Shown here in pieces: positions 50,218 to 63,405 of a stretch of DNA of 64,000 nt. Under the pieces are notes generated by a model, which ran no database searches, was not told where the DNA came from, and saw only the letters and a list, made by a program, of their open reading frames with translations. Source of the DNA: Microthyrium microscopicum (lineage: Eukaryota). A program made the translations under genes and the position numbers. Location of the stretch: assembly GCA_010405405.1 (NCBI GenBank), contig MU004232.1, positions 887,481 to 951,480 of the forward strand, read 5' to 3'. Position 1 is the stretch's first letter, and every line of letters starts with the position of its first letter.

Positions 50218-52604
50218 GTATGGCTACAACAAGACCTACTTATACAACCCAACTACAGGCTACCGGGCCCCAGAAGAACCAAAGTTTGACATGGATGTTA
50301 GGCTTAAGCTTCCTAGCTCCAGACAGCGCTACGCTTGAAAAACTTTCTTCTTGACAAGCAACCATTTCTTTCTACCAAGGCGCAAACTAAGATGCGACGA
50401 GACGGGGGGCACCGAGACGGAAGAAGCCTGCCGCTTCAACCGAGTAGGATCGAAAAGCACTACCCATTGCATTTGACTGCATTCTCATTCGACATGGCGG
50501 TGGGCATTCATGACTTGTCTCTGAACAGTGAGATGTGTCGCACTAAACGTAGAGATGAGTGAGCATAGATGCGTGTTTCTTGCTTGCTAACAAGGAAGAT
50601 ATCTCTATTTTCCCAACATCGGTGAAATGAATCGTCGGATGACAAGTCTAGCCATTGATACTGCCGTTTCAACAGATCAGTCATCGTGGAGTAACAGTTG
50701 CAATGAGCAAGGGATGGAGATGAAGACAGGGTACCTACGGTAAGTTCCTGGACTCTTCATCATGTTCGGCAAATTCCGCTAGAATCTATCGAAAATCGAC
50801 GCTCTTTCGACAAGAAATTCCTCTTCTGCAGTAGTGATATGCAAGGCTGGGACTTTTTAGCTTATCATATCTAATCAGATTCCGATTTCGGCTAGTTAGT
50901 GAAGCCACAAAATCTTATCAGATGGCGTGCTATTGGAGGAAGCAATTTTTAGCATTGACAATGCCAAGTGAATGATGACCAGCGGCTTGATTTTCGAATT
51001 GTCAGCAAGTAATGCCGATCCAATGAATTTTCTGCCTTCAGAAATGTGGCAGGAAAAAAGCTGCTCAACAAAGGACAGCAGTCAATCGTGCAGAACCTGG
51101 TGCACTTCGCCCAGCGGTATGGGACGCGAATTTTGCACAAAAAGCATTCGTAGTTTTTCAGAACGATGGATTGAGGCCACTGGTACAGCCGTGAATGTGT
51201 GAGGAGTCGGGTCCTCCTCCAAGAATTCTGCCAGCCGGAGACTACCCAGGTATAAGCATGACAATATAGTCTCAGCCGGCAACAGATAGGAAAGCTTCAA
51301 CGCAATGCTGATACCCGTCGTAGAGCAGGAATTAAGTCACACTTTGTTCGGTCAGAACACCATGTCGTTGCCATTGCTCTCTAATTTCGGACTCAGCTTA
51401 GTTCCGCACGCTGGTTCGGCAGCCAGAGCTGATTTAGCTCAGCGCAAATATGGTGAATCCTGCTGGCTGCATTGACTCTGCTTCATAGTTGGAGAACATG
51501 GGATCCGGACAATGCAATGTACGCTTTTATCAAATAATCGCGGATCGTAAAGGGACGCAAGGAGCGAAGGTGTATGGTGGTCATGTTCTTTGATTCCTCG
51601 ATGTCGTTTGTCCTGGCTGGAAATAGCATGGGCGGCCCCACCCACAGGGGATGTCAGCACGCTAGCAATTAAAGGCAGTATGAATTGACGATGGCAGCGT
51701 CTATTGAATGATCCGGGAAGGTGAAGTTAAAGGGATGTCGTTGAAGATGCAGAATGAAGTGAATGATGATGATCATGTCTTATCAATCAGATAGCGATAA
51801 GACTTGATAAGATTGATGGATTAGATGATCATCCTGAAACATCAACATCGCCAACGACATCCATCCATTCTACTCCAATATCACCTAAGTTCAAGCTTCA
51901 GCTGGGCCACGCAAGAATGGCCATGTTTCGAACCTGTCTTCGGAGCTTGGTGTTTTGCTCCCCGACCTTTGCGCGTCCAGTGGGCACCCTTGAACTGCTG
52001 GTCAGGAACACGTCTACCAAGCCCTCGACCTCTAACAACACATGAAACACCTTTGTTTCTCACTTGAAGGCGTCTTGACTTTGAATTTAGTTATTTGTTT
52101 AAAGCTTTGAGACTCTTGAAATAAACCTAATTGTTTGGTCATCGCTCTATCTACTAATGCGCCAATGGGATCCGACATTCAACATCAAGTGTTTAGCTGA
52201 GTGAACTGACCGTAGAACATCGCAGCTTTCAATCTTTGATATGTCTATATTTCTACCTCTATACATTAGAATGATCAGTGGGTACAAAAGCATACTTACG
52301 AGACAAAATAGGTCTTGCTCCATGGAATAGCTTCGGGATCTCAAAATACCTACATATACTCAAAGCTTGTCTCCCTGGATATCAAAGCCCCATCGAGGAA
52401 TACGCAGAGGGTGCGTCAAGATCTAGGAAACAACATTGGGGCTGCAGGTCGGCATTGGGAACAATGTATCAATCAAAACTAAGCCAAGAGACACATAATG
52501 GAGTACCTACCCTCCGTCCTCGCCGCTCTTTGGCATTTCATATTCATCTCTTGGTTCTATTGCGCTCGTCACTAATATCATAGTTGAACAACACACTCCT
52601 CAAC

Positions 52605-54138
52605 ATGTCGTTGATTTACGGCGGTAGACTCTTTCAGGGTGGCCCATATCCTCCATTGGAATGGCCACTCGGCGGCTTCCCCAACATCCAGATAGATGTT
52701 GCTGTAATGAGCGTTTTCCTGTTTTTGTTCTTGATCGCAGCATTTCTTCACCTCTTCCTGTTCTTTGCAAATATAGTGCGCGGGCATAGATTCATCATAT
52801 CAGCTCTAATATTCGGTAAGTAGCACTGACCCTATTTCACCCATAGCTCCATTAACACACCGCACAGTCTTCTGCCTCGAACGTGTCTTCGCACTCGCCA
52901 TACGCATCGCCGGAACACTCCGCGGCGAAGATGGCAACCTCTACGTCGGTGGAGTCGTCCTTGTCTTCGGCTTCACCCCTCTGCTCTACATCATCAATCT
53001 CGTCTTTGCCCACCGCATCATCAAAGCCCAGCATCCACGACACGGCGGCAACATTGGGATCTCACTTGTCTTCTGGCTCACCTACTTGCTAATCCTCTTC
53101 GCCTGGGCCTGTCTAGTCGCCGGTCTAGTACAACCCTTCTTCCAGCTATCCACCTACTGGCGATACGTAGACCGCGGACTGCGAATCTGGGGCTTCACCT
53201 TCTTCGCCATTGTATCTCTCATCCCACTGCCGCTTGTCCTGCTATCCACAGTGATCCCAAGACGGCACCGCGTTAACAAGTTTGGCAGCGGCAGCTTCTA
53301 CGCCAAACTATGGATCCTCGTGCTGGTCGTAATACTCACCTCCCTCGAAGCATTCTACATCGCCGGCGTAGAATGGGTAACCCCAACATCACGTTTTGTG
53401 CCGATTCCAGCGTACATGACGCGCACGTGGTACTATGTCATGATCTTCACGCTCGAATTCATCATCGTCATCCTCTATGCCGGTGCGCGCGTCGATAGAC
53501 GCTTCCATAGCGGTGACCAGCCCAACAACAACCACACCGGCGGTGCATACCATCCAGGTCCCAGCTACGGTCCAGGCGGTCCGCTGCCACCGATGGCTGC
53601 TGGTGCTCAGCCACCGATGGGTCCAACAGGTCCAATGGGTGGTATGGGTGGTCTAGGCGGTCTAGGAGCAGCACGCGCGAACTCACCGAAGCGTAAGAGA
53701 CGATTCCCTGGCCTGGGCAAGTTAGCACTTGCGGGCGGAGCGGGGGCTGCGGCTGGTGGAATTTTAGGTCGACGACGTCTGAGCAAGAATCGTGACAAGG
53801 AGGCGGATATGGAGCGCGATGAGTCTCCAGAGCCCCAGTAAGTTATATGACATGTTTGAGCGGCCATGGGCTAACGGATACGTGTTAGGGCTGTAAACTA
53901 CCCCAATGATCCTTTAAACGCACATCCAATTCATAAAGAGGTTCGTGGCTTTGACGTGGAGACCATCCCAGAGGACACAGAGTCAGAAGATAGTTTGTAT
54001 GCGGCTGGCTCCTCTATTGGGACGGAGAGTAAGAGGCATTCGGGGGTGAGCGCGCAAGAGGTTGAGATTGGTGGTGAGCATGAGTTGGCTCAAGCTGGGA
54101 ATGCTCATGCAGACAGAAGACAGGGTGTTGCCTTGTGA
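52605..54138 (+). CDS. DUF3112-type (RTA1-like) multi-pass membrane protein, 3 exons
   Basis: GGPYPP..LGGFP, AAFLHL..RGHRFIISALIF, AHRIIKAQHP, KFGSGS, RVDRRFH; introns ~52817-52868 and ~53838-53888; Gly/Pro-rich tail. Confidence 0.8.
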
Positions 54139-54518
54139 TAGCTCAATCATATGCAAAGGGAGGGAAGCTTGAGTAGAGTTGGGACTCTTGGAAGCTGGTT
54201 AATGTTACGCCATAATAGTCTTGTACGATACCAATGCGGCTCTGGGTTTATCTTGTCTGATTTCAGTATCAAAATAGTCTTAAATCGATAATTGTAGCAG
54301 CGTTTTATCAGTCTTCCTGTATGGACACTTGTCTTATGTTACTAGTATGCTGGGAATTTTAATGATCAAGAGCTTCTTTGGTCGAGGAAACTGCCAAAGT
54401 AATGCATTCCGATATCGGCTGCGAGCGAACCTCTCAGATGCTCCAGTTCATAAATATTTATTTACATGGCCACCACATTCAGTCTCCACGCTCGTCTCCT
54501 CCACTTTCCACTGAAGAC

Positions 54519-54953
54519 ATGCCAAACGCCAACGCAACAAACGGTAATCCACCCAACCTTCCTTCAAATGTCCTGTTATTCACTCCGACTACACAACAAA
54601 CTGCCCATTCGCTACTGAACGGCAGTGTCTTTACACGTCTAGCAGCAAGCGGGCAGACTGAGCCGGCGCAATTGGCAGAAGCACTGAGAAGTGTTGATGA
54701 ATCTTTCTGCCTATGCCACCGCAATGTCATCTTGATATTCGACAGTGATGCTGAAGGCAAGGACGTGCAAGATGCGCACCATGAACATTTTCGCGTTGTG
54801 TGTCTAGCGCTGAAGGACAAGGACATTAACTTGAACGTTGCTGGCTGTGTTCATGATGCATCCACTGCTTTGGAAGCGGGCTTCCAGCTCGACGAGTTGA
54901 ACTCTACCTCTGTTCTAGTCATTGACTTGATGGCTGAAGATGGCGAAGAGTAA
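54519..54953 (+). CDS. Hypothetical protein (144 aa)
   Basis: Single-exon ORF with globular-looking sequence (LLNGSVFTRL, DAHHEHFRVVCLALKD, AGFQLD); CT/CA-rich leader. Confidence 0.7.
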   Translation: MPNANATNGNPPNLPSNVLLFTPTTQQTAHSLLNGSVFTRLAASGQTEPAQLAEALRSVDESFCLCHRNVILIFDSDAEGKDVQDAHHEHFRVVCLALKDKDINLNVAGCVHDASTALEAGFQLDELNSTSVLVIDLMAEDGEE

Positions 54954-55120
54954 CCAGTGAGTGGGCCGGGATGGGGCTCAGCTCTTAAAAGTCTTTTTCT
55001 GATGGGGGCATAGCCGCTGATATTGGGCCCTTTTATTCCACATAAGTAGCCGTGGAATTATCCAGTGATCAACATCCTCAGATTGAAAGAGGATAATAAA
55101 TTCCAGTCTATCATCTACTG

Positions 55121-57266
55121 CTATTTACTCCGTTCTTCATGTGGATGGGAACTTGCTTCCGCATGTATCTCGCCCAACGGACTTTCCGCATAACCATCAT
55201 CACCGTCATTAACAGCATCCCACCAATTTCGCTCAGCAGCCACTCCGTCCTTCGTGACAACAGGACCAACATATCCCTGCGGAACCTCCGTGCTATCGGC
55301 AGAGTATCTAGCTGCGCGGCGATCAGCCCGTTCAAACGCCAGCCGCATGCGTGCTCTGCCCCTTGGTGAGAAGCCTGCATGAAGTTGTTTCACTGGCTTT
55401 TGAGTTTTTGGTGGTCGGAAAGCTGCGAAGACTTTGGAGCCTGTGGTTGAAGTTGAAGAACGGCGACGACCCTCTCTATTACTCTCGGGGGCCAAGGCCA
55501 CGTGCGATGCTTCACTGATACGCTTAGATGTTCGCTTTGAAGGAAGGTCAGGTTCTTCATTTTCAGAGGCAGGTTTGCCGCAGCAAGGAACATGCTTTAT
55601 AGACCAGCCAGTTGGTTCGACCAGACGCCAGGGTTTCTCTCGCAGCAGGAATACTATACTGTTAGCAAAGCCCATGCTGGAGATGCAAACCGTGGCGAGT
55701 GTCGCGAGAGCCGGTGGAGCATTCATGGCGTATTTGGTCTTATACTGCATACAGTGCAAGATGAAGGGAGCGATCCAGAGGACCATGTAGATGATTGGGT
55801 ATACGAAATTCATTCGCAGCTGGAACATGATTGTTTGGCGCTTTGCTTCCAACAACTGAATGGCAGTTACTTCTGATATGTTTCGCTCCAGGTCAGCGTC
55901 TGCTGATAATGATTTGCGGCCACTCCAGTCGATGGAGCCGTTCTTAAACGGGTTGCTTGGCAAACGAAAGCTAGAGCGCTGTTGCTGGACGGGAGCGGTA
56001 GCGGTCGACAGCTTAGTGCTAATCGTCGAGTTTGTCACAATTGATTCGCGTCGCAGTGCTTCGGCGGTGTCTGCGAGTATCTTCGACCGGGGCAAGAAGT
56101 TGAGGCCTTTAATCTTGTCCTCTTTCAAGTGCGCAGATTGACCGATAGGTACGCTTATTTGATCTGGATTGGCGGTATGTCGACGAGTAGAATGGTACAT
56201 TCGAGAAGGGCTTTGAGGTGCGTACGCGATTTCGGGGAGCGAAGATCGTCGATGACCATCCGGTTGAGACTCCAGTACTGGAGTCGAAGTGATAACATCA
56301 GGTGCAACCGAGCTCATCGCTGATAGGTGGCGAGAAGCTGTTGGCTTCTCAAAGTATTCTCGAGCTGGTGCTTGCTCCTTGATTTCAGGGGTCGTCTTGA
56401 TCGGCAAAATCCATACCTGCTTGAATGATTTAAACTCTTTCCCGACGTGATAGTATACACATGCTGAAATGCTGATGATAGCAACAAATACTATGTATCT
56501 CGGAATCCAGGAAAGCGCAAGTCGATACCAAAAAGGCCGAATTGGTAGCCAGCATACGGATCCACCTGTAGTATAACCCCCGCTAGGATTGATAAAAGCA
56601 AGGCTCGCAAAGATGATTGGAATTATAGCCAAGAACGAGTTTACCCATACACGGTAAGGGTTCAGACCGTATGATGGATCGTGAATGTCAACCGTTGGGC
56701 GGTATATTTGTATGGCGCCATGTATTGTGATGAACAGAACGGAGAAGTCTAGAAATCGATGTTAATTCAGCACTCTTCAAGAACGCCAAGTCTGACCTAC
56801 CAGTAAGTTCGTGTCCCATAGATAAAAAGTAACCAGTCATCTGGCAAAGAGCCGATTTCTCCGAGGGCTGGTGGTTAGAGAGACTAACGGCCGAGCTAAT
56901 GAAGAACCAGACTGCTCTGAGAAGATCACCGGTGATATTGACCATGATCAGCCTTGACGGTATTGTTAGCGAGCGTCCTGCAAGAAGCGTGGTTGTTTAC
57001 CTGTGGCGATATCGTTTCTCCATCCGTATGAAGTAATAGAAAGCGATAGCACTTGTAAATACACTAAGAGATGATGTTGCGATGGCGACTTTGTTGATCG
57101 TAGTTTTGGACGAATGTGTTAAATAGGACATGGCTTTGCCTGAGTGCGGGAGCGAAGTGTTTCCCAAACCAGTGCCATTGTTGATGTTATTGTTGAGAGT
57201 TTGTAGAGTTCGTAGGGAAAGTCGATGTAAGGTTAGAGAGTCAGGAATTGAAAATTCTGTATGCAT
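55121..57266 (-). CDS. Git3/Gpr1-type (sugar-sensing class) G-protein-coupled receptor, 3 exons
   Basis: 7-TM layout, RYRHR, GDLLRA, CQMTGY, CWLPIRPFWYRLALSWIPRY, long third loop, FVYPIIYMVLW, REKPWR. Confidence 0.88.
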
Positions 57267-57828
57267 GCTGAAAGCAGAGATTCTGATCCAATCTAGAGGG
57301 ATGTTGCTTCAAGGCTCTCTGCAACAGCTCATAAGCTGCTAGAGACGGGAAACCGTGGGCACCAAATGAAGGGAAATCGCAACTCGGTAGCGATTTATCT
57401 GTGCGGAAGGGGCGACTTTGTCAATGCTGAACTCCGCGGCTGTCTCTGAAGGTTGAATAATATGGACAACTGTTGAGGCTGGTATGTGCAATCCATGGAT
57501 ATGTTCTGTACCAGTAGAGCTAATATGGCATACTCTAGCGTTCAATATGCAACCCCATTGACGACCTGCATAGGCACAAGAGACAGTTGCACGGTAACTA
57601 TGCGAAATGGGAGTTAAGACTGCATTATGCGGCATCTGTATCCGGTTTAGCCAAAGAATTGGTTCCGAGCGCATATCAACAACTTCCGAGGAATGTGGAG
57701 AAGTCGGGAATAGTGACCCAAAAACTACATTCCTTCGGAGTAACTCCCGATATCATCTAATTAGTTCAGTTCATGACTGCATTAAAATGGTCTCACCACG
57801 AGGCCGCTCTATGGCTGTGTTTCACTTC

Positions 57829-58703
57829 TCAGTCCATGCTGGAAACCAAAGCAATTAAGCTAAAGCGAAGATCTTGACCTCCATTATCAGCCTCGCGCTT
57901 CATGAATGTTCTCGGGCCGATCTGAAGTGCTTTCTCGCTCAAAACATCTTCCTCCGGCTCTAGAACACCCCGATCCAAAGGACCTTTTCGCCGGCCATCC
58001 AGCTCATACAGATGGTTGTCTTCTGTTTTTACGAAGGTAACAAAGTGTAAATCGACCCGATCGTCAGCAGAAGGTGCACTTGTATCTCCCTCTGAGGCCG
58101 CGGCCTGATGTGCACTCTCAAGTGCTTGCGATTCGTAAAGAAGGTCTGCACGCTCTGCGGGCTTTAGAGGTATGGCATCTCGTAAGAGCTTGTCTAGTTT
58201 GGAGTCCGGTTCTGTTCAAAAGTTAGGATACCACCTAGCAAAGTTTGAGAGTTCTTACGGATACTCGCGCGTGCCGGTCCATTCGATACAGCATGAAGTA
58301 AACCAATAAGCCCACATGCATTGCCAATGGTTTGCTTGTACCAAATAGCCGGCTCATCGGGGCCAGATCCCGAGTACTCAGTACGGTCTTGGTCTTCGTC
58401 GTGTCGTGATTTCTCATAGACTTCGCTCACAGGAAATATCAGGAGCAGGGCGAGCGCGGGACGAGGGACGAAGGCAAGTAGATCGGGATCGTCTATACTG
58501 AACACATCTTGGAATGCTAGAGCTTTAGAGAGTCCGAGATCGTAGACGAGTGTGTTCATCACATCCGGGTTGTTCTCTAAGAAACTATATTAGTGTTTAG
58601 TGGGGCAAACGCATCAGAATAGCAAACCTAGCGGTACGAATCTCTTCCGTGTGATCGGGACGTCAGGATTATTGATCGCCGGGCCTTGGGTTGTAGACGC
58701 CAT
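57829..58703 (-). CDS. YUH1: Ubiquitin C-terminal hydrolase (peptidase C12, UCH-L3-like), 3 exons
   Basis: FVPL|ENNPDVMN, KQTIGNACG (catalytic Cys), VDLHFVTFV, LYELDGRRKGP, FSLIALV. Confidence 0.93.
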
Positions 58704-59189
58704 GGTGACGAAGTTGTAGACTAATGTGTGTACGGGGAAGGCTTCGGAAAGGTATGAAAAGTGTTGGTGGGGAAAGAAAAGGATGATGGAATTTTGATAG
58801 AAGAACAGGCAGGAGCTAGGTACGCGGCGCGTTAAGGTCCAAGCTCCCTGAGACGCTAGTCAGCACTAAGGTGCCCTTAGCGTGTCCCAGCCTGATGATG
58901 CATTCAACCAATCATAGCCATTGGAGCTGGCCGAGCCTCAGCAGCGAATGTTCCTATCATGGACTTGCTTTATTCTCCAAAGACTATGTCATGGGAGTTA
59001 CAGCATCTTTTCTTGATAGGTGAGAGCCATCGCCGTTTGTGGCAGCTTCTATTTTGCTAGAGTATTACATTTTGAACATTACTGTAATTACAACATATAC
59101 CTGCAGAACATTTCCGATCAGAGTCAGCTTCCTACAATTTTTCAGGCGAGGTTGTCTGCTGGGGCCAAATAGCTCTCTGCTTACCCCTT

Positions 59190-60583
59190 TCAATCTTTTG
59201 CTGAAGTATCAATGATCTCATCACCTCGTGTAGTTTCCTCAATAGCGCTGCTGGGTTCTGGTTTGTCGCTCGCAATTGGCCCATTATCGTCTGTTCTTGA
59301 GTCTACCGTGTTTTCCACATCTCCAGCACTAGGTGCTCCATGAGTTGAGCCCCTCTCCACCACCTTTCTGGTATGCTCACTTAAGCTTCCAGAGTCGTTA
59401 GCGACCAGAACAGTGGTGTACTTGAATGGATATCCTGCCAACCAACATCAGTATGTGCCCGATTTATTGAAAATCATCTTATTACTTACCAAAGAGAATC
59501 CAAAACGCCTGGACAAGAAAAGGAACCCACAGAAACACAGCGACAACTTGTCCAAATCCCCACTGGTTGTCCATAAAATCCATTCCCACAAGCTCGCGCA
59601 GAGCGTGCCTTTTGATCTCCATCTGAGTCGTATTATATATGATGCCAGCGAACAGCCCTATAGAGACGACCGCATGCCACATCATACGACGTTTTGATTC
59701 CTGTAGTTTTTGAACCATCCCAAAAAGAATTGCGCCAGCGAGACAGAGAGCGACGAAAGCTGCAAGTACGAGCCCGATAACGGTCCATACTGCTTTCATC
59801 GTTTGCTTCCAGTCTTTTGTCTTGAAGCTAAAATACTGTTTTGCGGAAATATGTGGAACGTTGACTGGCGTGATGTGTACAAACCCAGGTTTTAAAGGCG
59901 AGTAGGGTTTGCAAGCGGCGACAAGATCATGCAGTGCTTCGACTTTACTTTGAGAGGTTGATAAGGTGCCGGCCAGTGCCATGAGGAAGACAAATTCTGC
60001 CATGACGTAAATCACTACGACGGCTGTTCGTTTCTTTGAAGCAATGAAATCGTTTCTTGCCAGTAAGGTGAGAGATGTTGCTAGGACTGAGAGAAATTGC
60101 ATGGTGAGTAGCGATTCTAGAAAAGCAATCTCGTAAAGAGAAGCTCCTTGGTGGAGCCTGACTATAGCTGCGATGGCGACTGGGATGCTAAATTGTGCAT
60201 TGATGTCCAAGAAGGCGTCTTGTATCGTTTCCAAATCTTCGAGGAGTTTTCGAGGAGCAGCGCGCTTTTCAAGCAAGAAGATATAAAGAGCGCAGAATGG
60301 TGCTCCGAGGATAAACGTTAGAACAGCTTGCATGATGTAGGATATGTTGGCCTATAGAAATCATTAGTTTTCTCAAGTTAGCAAGTGAAGAGCGCAATGT
60401 TACTCCAACTCCAGACAAGTCTGGATTCCCCAATCCCCATTCTTGCGAACAGATGCCGGGACATAGTGACACTGTCTGTGTGATATTTTGATGGCTAAAC
60501 TGAGCGTTGTTGAGCAGGTCATTGATGGTACTAATATTCGAGCATATTGCTGAGATATTTGTGGCCATCATATTTGATGCCAT
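59190..60583 (-). CDS. Hypothetical fungal multi-pass membrane protein, 3 exons
   Basis: N-glycosylated Cys-containing N-terminus, GNPDLSGVG, several TM segments, WGFGQVVAVFLWVP; ORF pieces joined by canonical introns. Confidence 0.78.
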
Positions 60584-61763
60584 GATCGACGTTCTGAGTT
60601 GTAATTTTATAGCTCAAGAGTTTTTCGATATTGAGGCCGGCATGCAAAAAGAGCTGAGAACTTAAGAAGCAGTCACAGCCACAATGTCGACGGTGCCACT
60701 CTACTTATCAATTAGTAACGTTAAAAAAGCAATTTGCGGCCTCTTCAGCTGAGCGCAACAATGGCGTGTTATAGGATCGAGCACTTCACGATACAAGTAA
60801 AATATTGGCTCGCCTGTGGCCAAAGCTGCATCGCTCTTAAGCGAGTTCTTACGCGAGGTGCGCCTTTAAGATATTCCAACCGAAGGACAAAATGAGAATG
60901 CCACGCTCCCATCAGGTTCGTTCACTCTCATCTGCTGAATCCTGGTATAAGCTACTTTATTTCCCATCAAAGGCGAAGAAACAATTAGGAACTGTCGAGC
61001 GCGATGGGAGTTGGAGAATCTGATGTTTAACAGGTGTGGTTGCAGAAATCGTACTCGCAGGGGGGGTGCCTTTTATTTTGTCGACCCGTTGATATCCTTA
61101 AATCAACGAATGAAGTAAGTACTCTTCATCTATGTACCGACATAATATCGCCTTACCTTGAAGGTGGCGTTTGTCTCAGGCGAGCTGATAATCATGACAC
61201 AGACGGCAAGAAAAGCTGCTTGAAATTCCGACTCTTGCTTCCAGGTTAGTCGTGAAATTTAACTTTGTGTGGGCATAAAATCTAAGGAAGGCCACTCTTT
61301 CCGATGTTAATTGAAAATATGATGAAGACCATACCTGAAGATATATCTTTACGGTTTATGATGTTATAAATAAGTAGCCGTATTATCAAGTTTATTCCCA
61401 TTTCCTCAAGTTCTAGTTCTAGTACTTCCTTATAATGATAATGTTCAAAAGCAAAATTAAATACTTATAGAAGTTACTAAAGTGACACTAAAATACTTCA
61501 CTTTTGTGGCTTATATCTTTAGTAGCGTGCCAATGTTTAAATAGTCTTGGAAGCGTTTCACAGTCAGCTTGGCGTTATATAGCGTCCTAGCCGCCCGGTT
61601 TTCTGAAACACATATGTTCCCGGATTTTGGAGTTTTTGACGTCAGTATCAAGTAAAATCTTATAGCGCGTAACCAACATCAACAACAGAAATTTCCCCTG
61701 CTTGTCGGTCTTGTTGTTTTTCCATTCTCTATGCTCCGGGGTTGAATATTTCAAGGTGCAACG

Positions 61764-63327
61764 ATGAACTCAAAGCTATTTCTGTCGCTACTTTTCTACA
61801 CAACTGCTATTTCTGCAGATGCATTCGAACCATTAAAGCATCTTGCTGGTATCACCCCATATTTCGAATCTCCGCCAACCACGCCGTACGATCCAGCCCC
61901 TCCTCAAGGATGCAATATCACTCGAGCCACATACTTAGTCCGCCATGCTGCCATTGTCGCCAACGACTATGATTATGAAACTTACATTGGACCATTTGTG
62001 AAGAAACTCGCCAACACCACGGTCGACTGGAGTAAAGCTGGAAACCTCTCATTTCTTGCCAAATGGAAGTCGCCCATCAAGGAAGATGACATCGAGCAAT
62101 TGACTCAAGTTGGTGTTCAAGAAGCTACGAATTTGGGCTCAGACGTGAAGAATCGATACCATGGATTTCGCAATCCGCCGAAAGTATGGAGCTCGACGGC
62201 AGAAAGAACGACAAAAAGCGCGTCTTCTTTCATCAAAGGACTTTCGGCAGGAACGTCGCCGCAACTAGTTGAAGTTAATGAGGGAAAGGAAGAAGGCGCA
62301 GATTCACTGACTCCTTATTCTTCTTGTCCTGCGTATAGCTCTTCAAGAGGCTCTGAGCAGTCCGGGGTAAGCACCAGTTCAATCATCTCTTCCAGTTTCA
62401 GTCTAACAATATTTTCAGATATATCAGAAAATCTATACCGCTCCGATTATCGCCCGCTTCAACGCCGCCGCACCAGCATTCAACTTCACAGTCGACGATA
62501 TCATCGGCATGCAAGAGCTCTGCGGCTACGAATCCGTCATCAACGGCAACGTCTCAACGCCCGGCTACGCCATAAACGCAGACTCACCCTTCTGTTCCCT
62601 CGATCTATTCACTGCAGATGAATGGCTTGGCTTCGAATACAGCAACGATCTCATGTACTGGCACGGCATTGGCTACGGAAATCCCATATCCGGCACAATT
62701 GGTCTTCCGTGGGCGAAGGCAGCCGCAAACCTTTTGCTCCAGAGCAATAAGCCTGACCAAGATCTCTACGTCTCTTTCACTCATCGCGAGTTGCCTCCAA
62801 CTGTGCTAGTTGCGCTGGGACTGTTTAATAATTCTGCTTATACTGCCTCCAGTGACGTCAATACTACGATGCCGTCGAATGAGATCAATCCGAATCGCGA
62901 GTGGATATCTTCTCGTATTCTACCATTTTTGACAAATATTGCTATGGAGCGGATGGAATGCAACAGCTTCAACTACACTGAAGGGGATTATTACCGTGTT
63001 CTCGTCAATCAAAGTCCTGCGCCGCTGCCCGGATGTGCGGATGGTCCAGGACTAAGCTGTAGTGGCAAGGGGTTCACGAGTTATATGCAACAACGACAGA
63101 ACATGTTTGGTGGCTTCTCGCAAAAGTGTGGGGTGAAGTACTCGAATTCAACTGATGTGTTAGGTATTTATGGCACTCAGGTTGATGCTGTTGGTAATGG
63201 TACTTCGACTTCGTCTGGTGCGGCAGCAAGCCAGACATCGGCGAAGGGGAGTGCTGCTGGTAGGACGAGTACATCGGTGTCTATGGCAGCTGGTCTATGT
63301 TTAACAATGGCATACATGCTGTGGTAG
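61764..63327 (+). CDS. Secreted histidine acid phosphatase / phytase with GPI-anchor-like tail, 2 exons
   Basis: Signal peptide, LVRHAAI, MQELCGYE, EWLGFEYSNDL, VSFTHRE; intron 62367-62418; Ser/Thr-rich then hydrophobic C-terminus. Confidence 0.9.
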
Positions 63328-63405
63328 CAGAAATTTGGTAGTAGATTTGCTGTCAATAATGATCAATAATATAGCCAGAAATATCCTCCATTTTTGAGTA
63401 CGCAT

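Noticed and set aside
50300..52500. Scattered short ORFs between the b561 and DUF3112 genes
   Set aside because: No consistent strand, splice pattern or recognisable motif.
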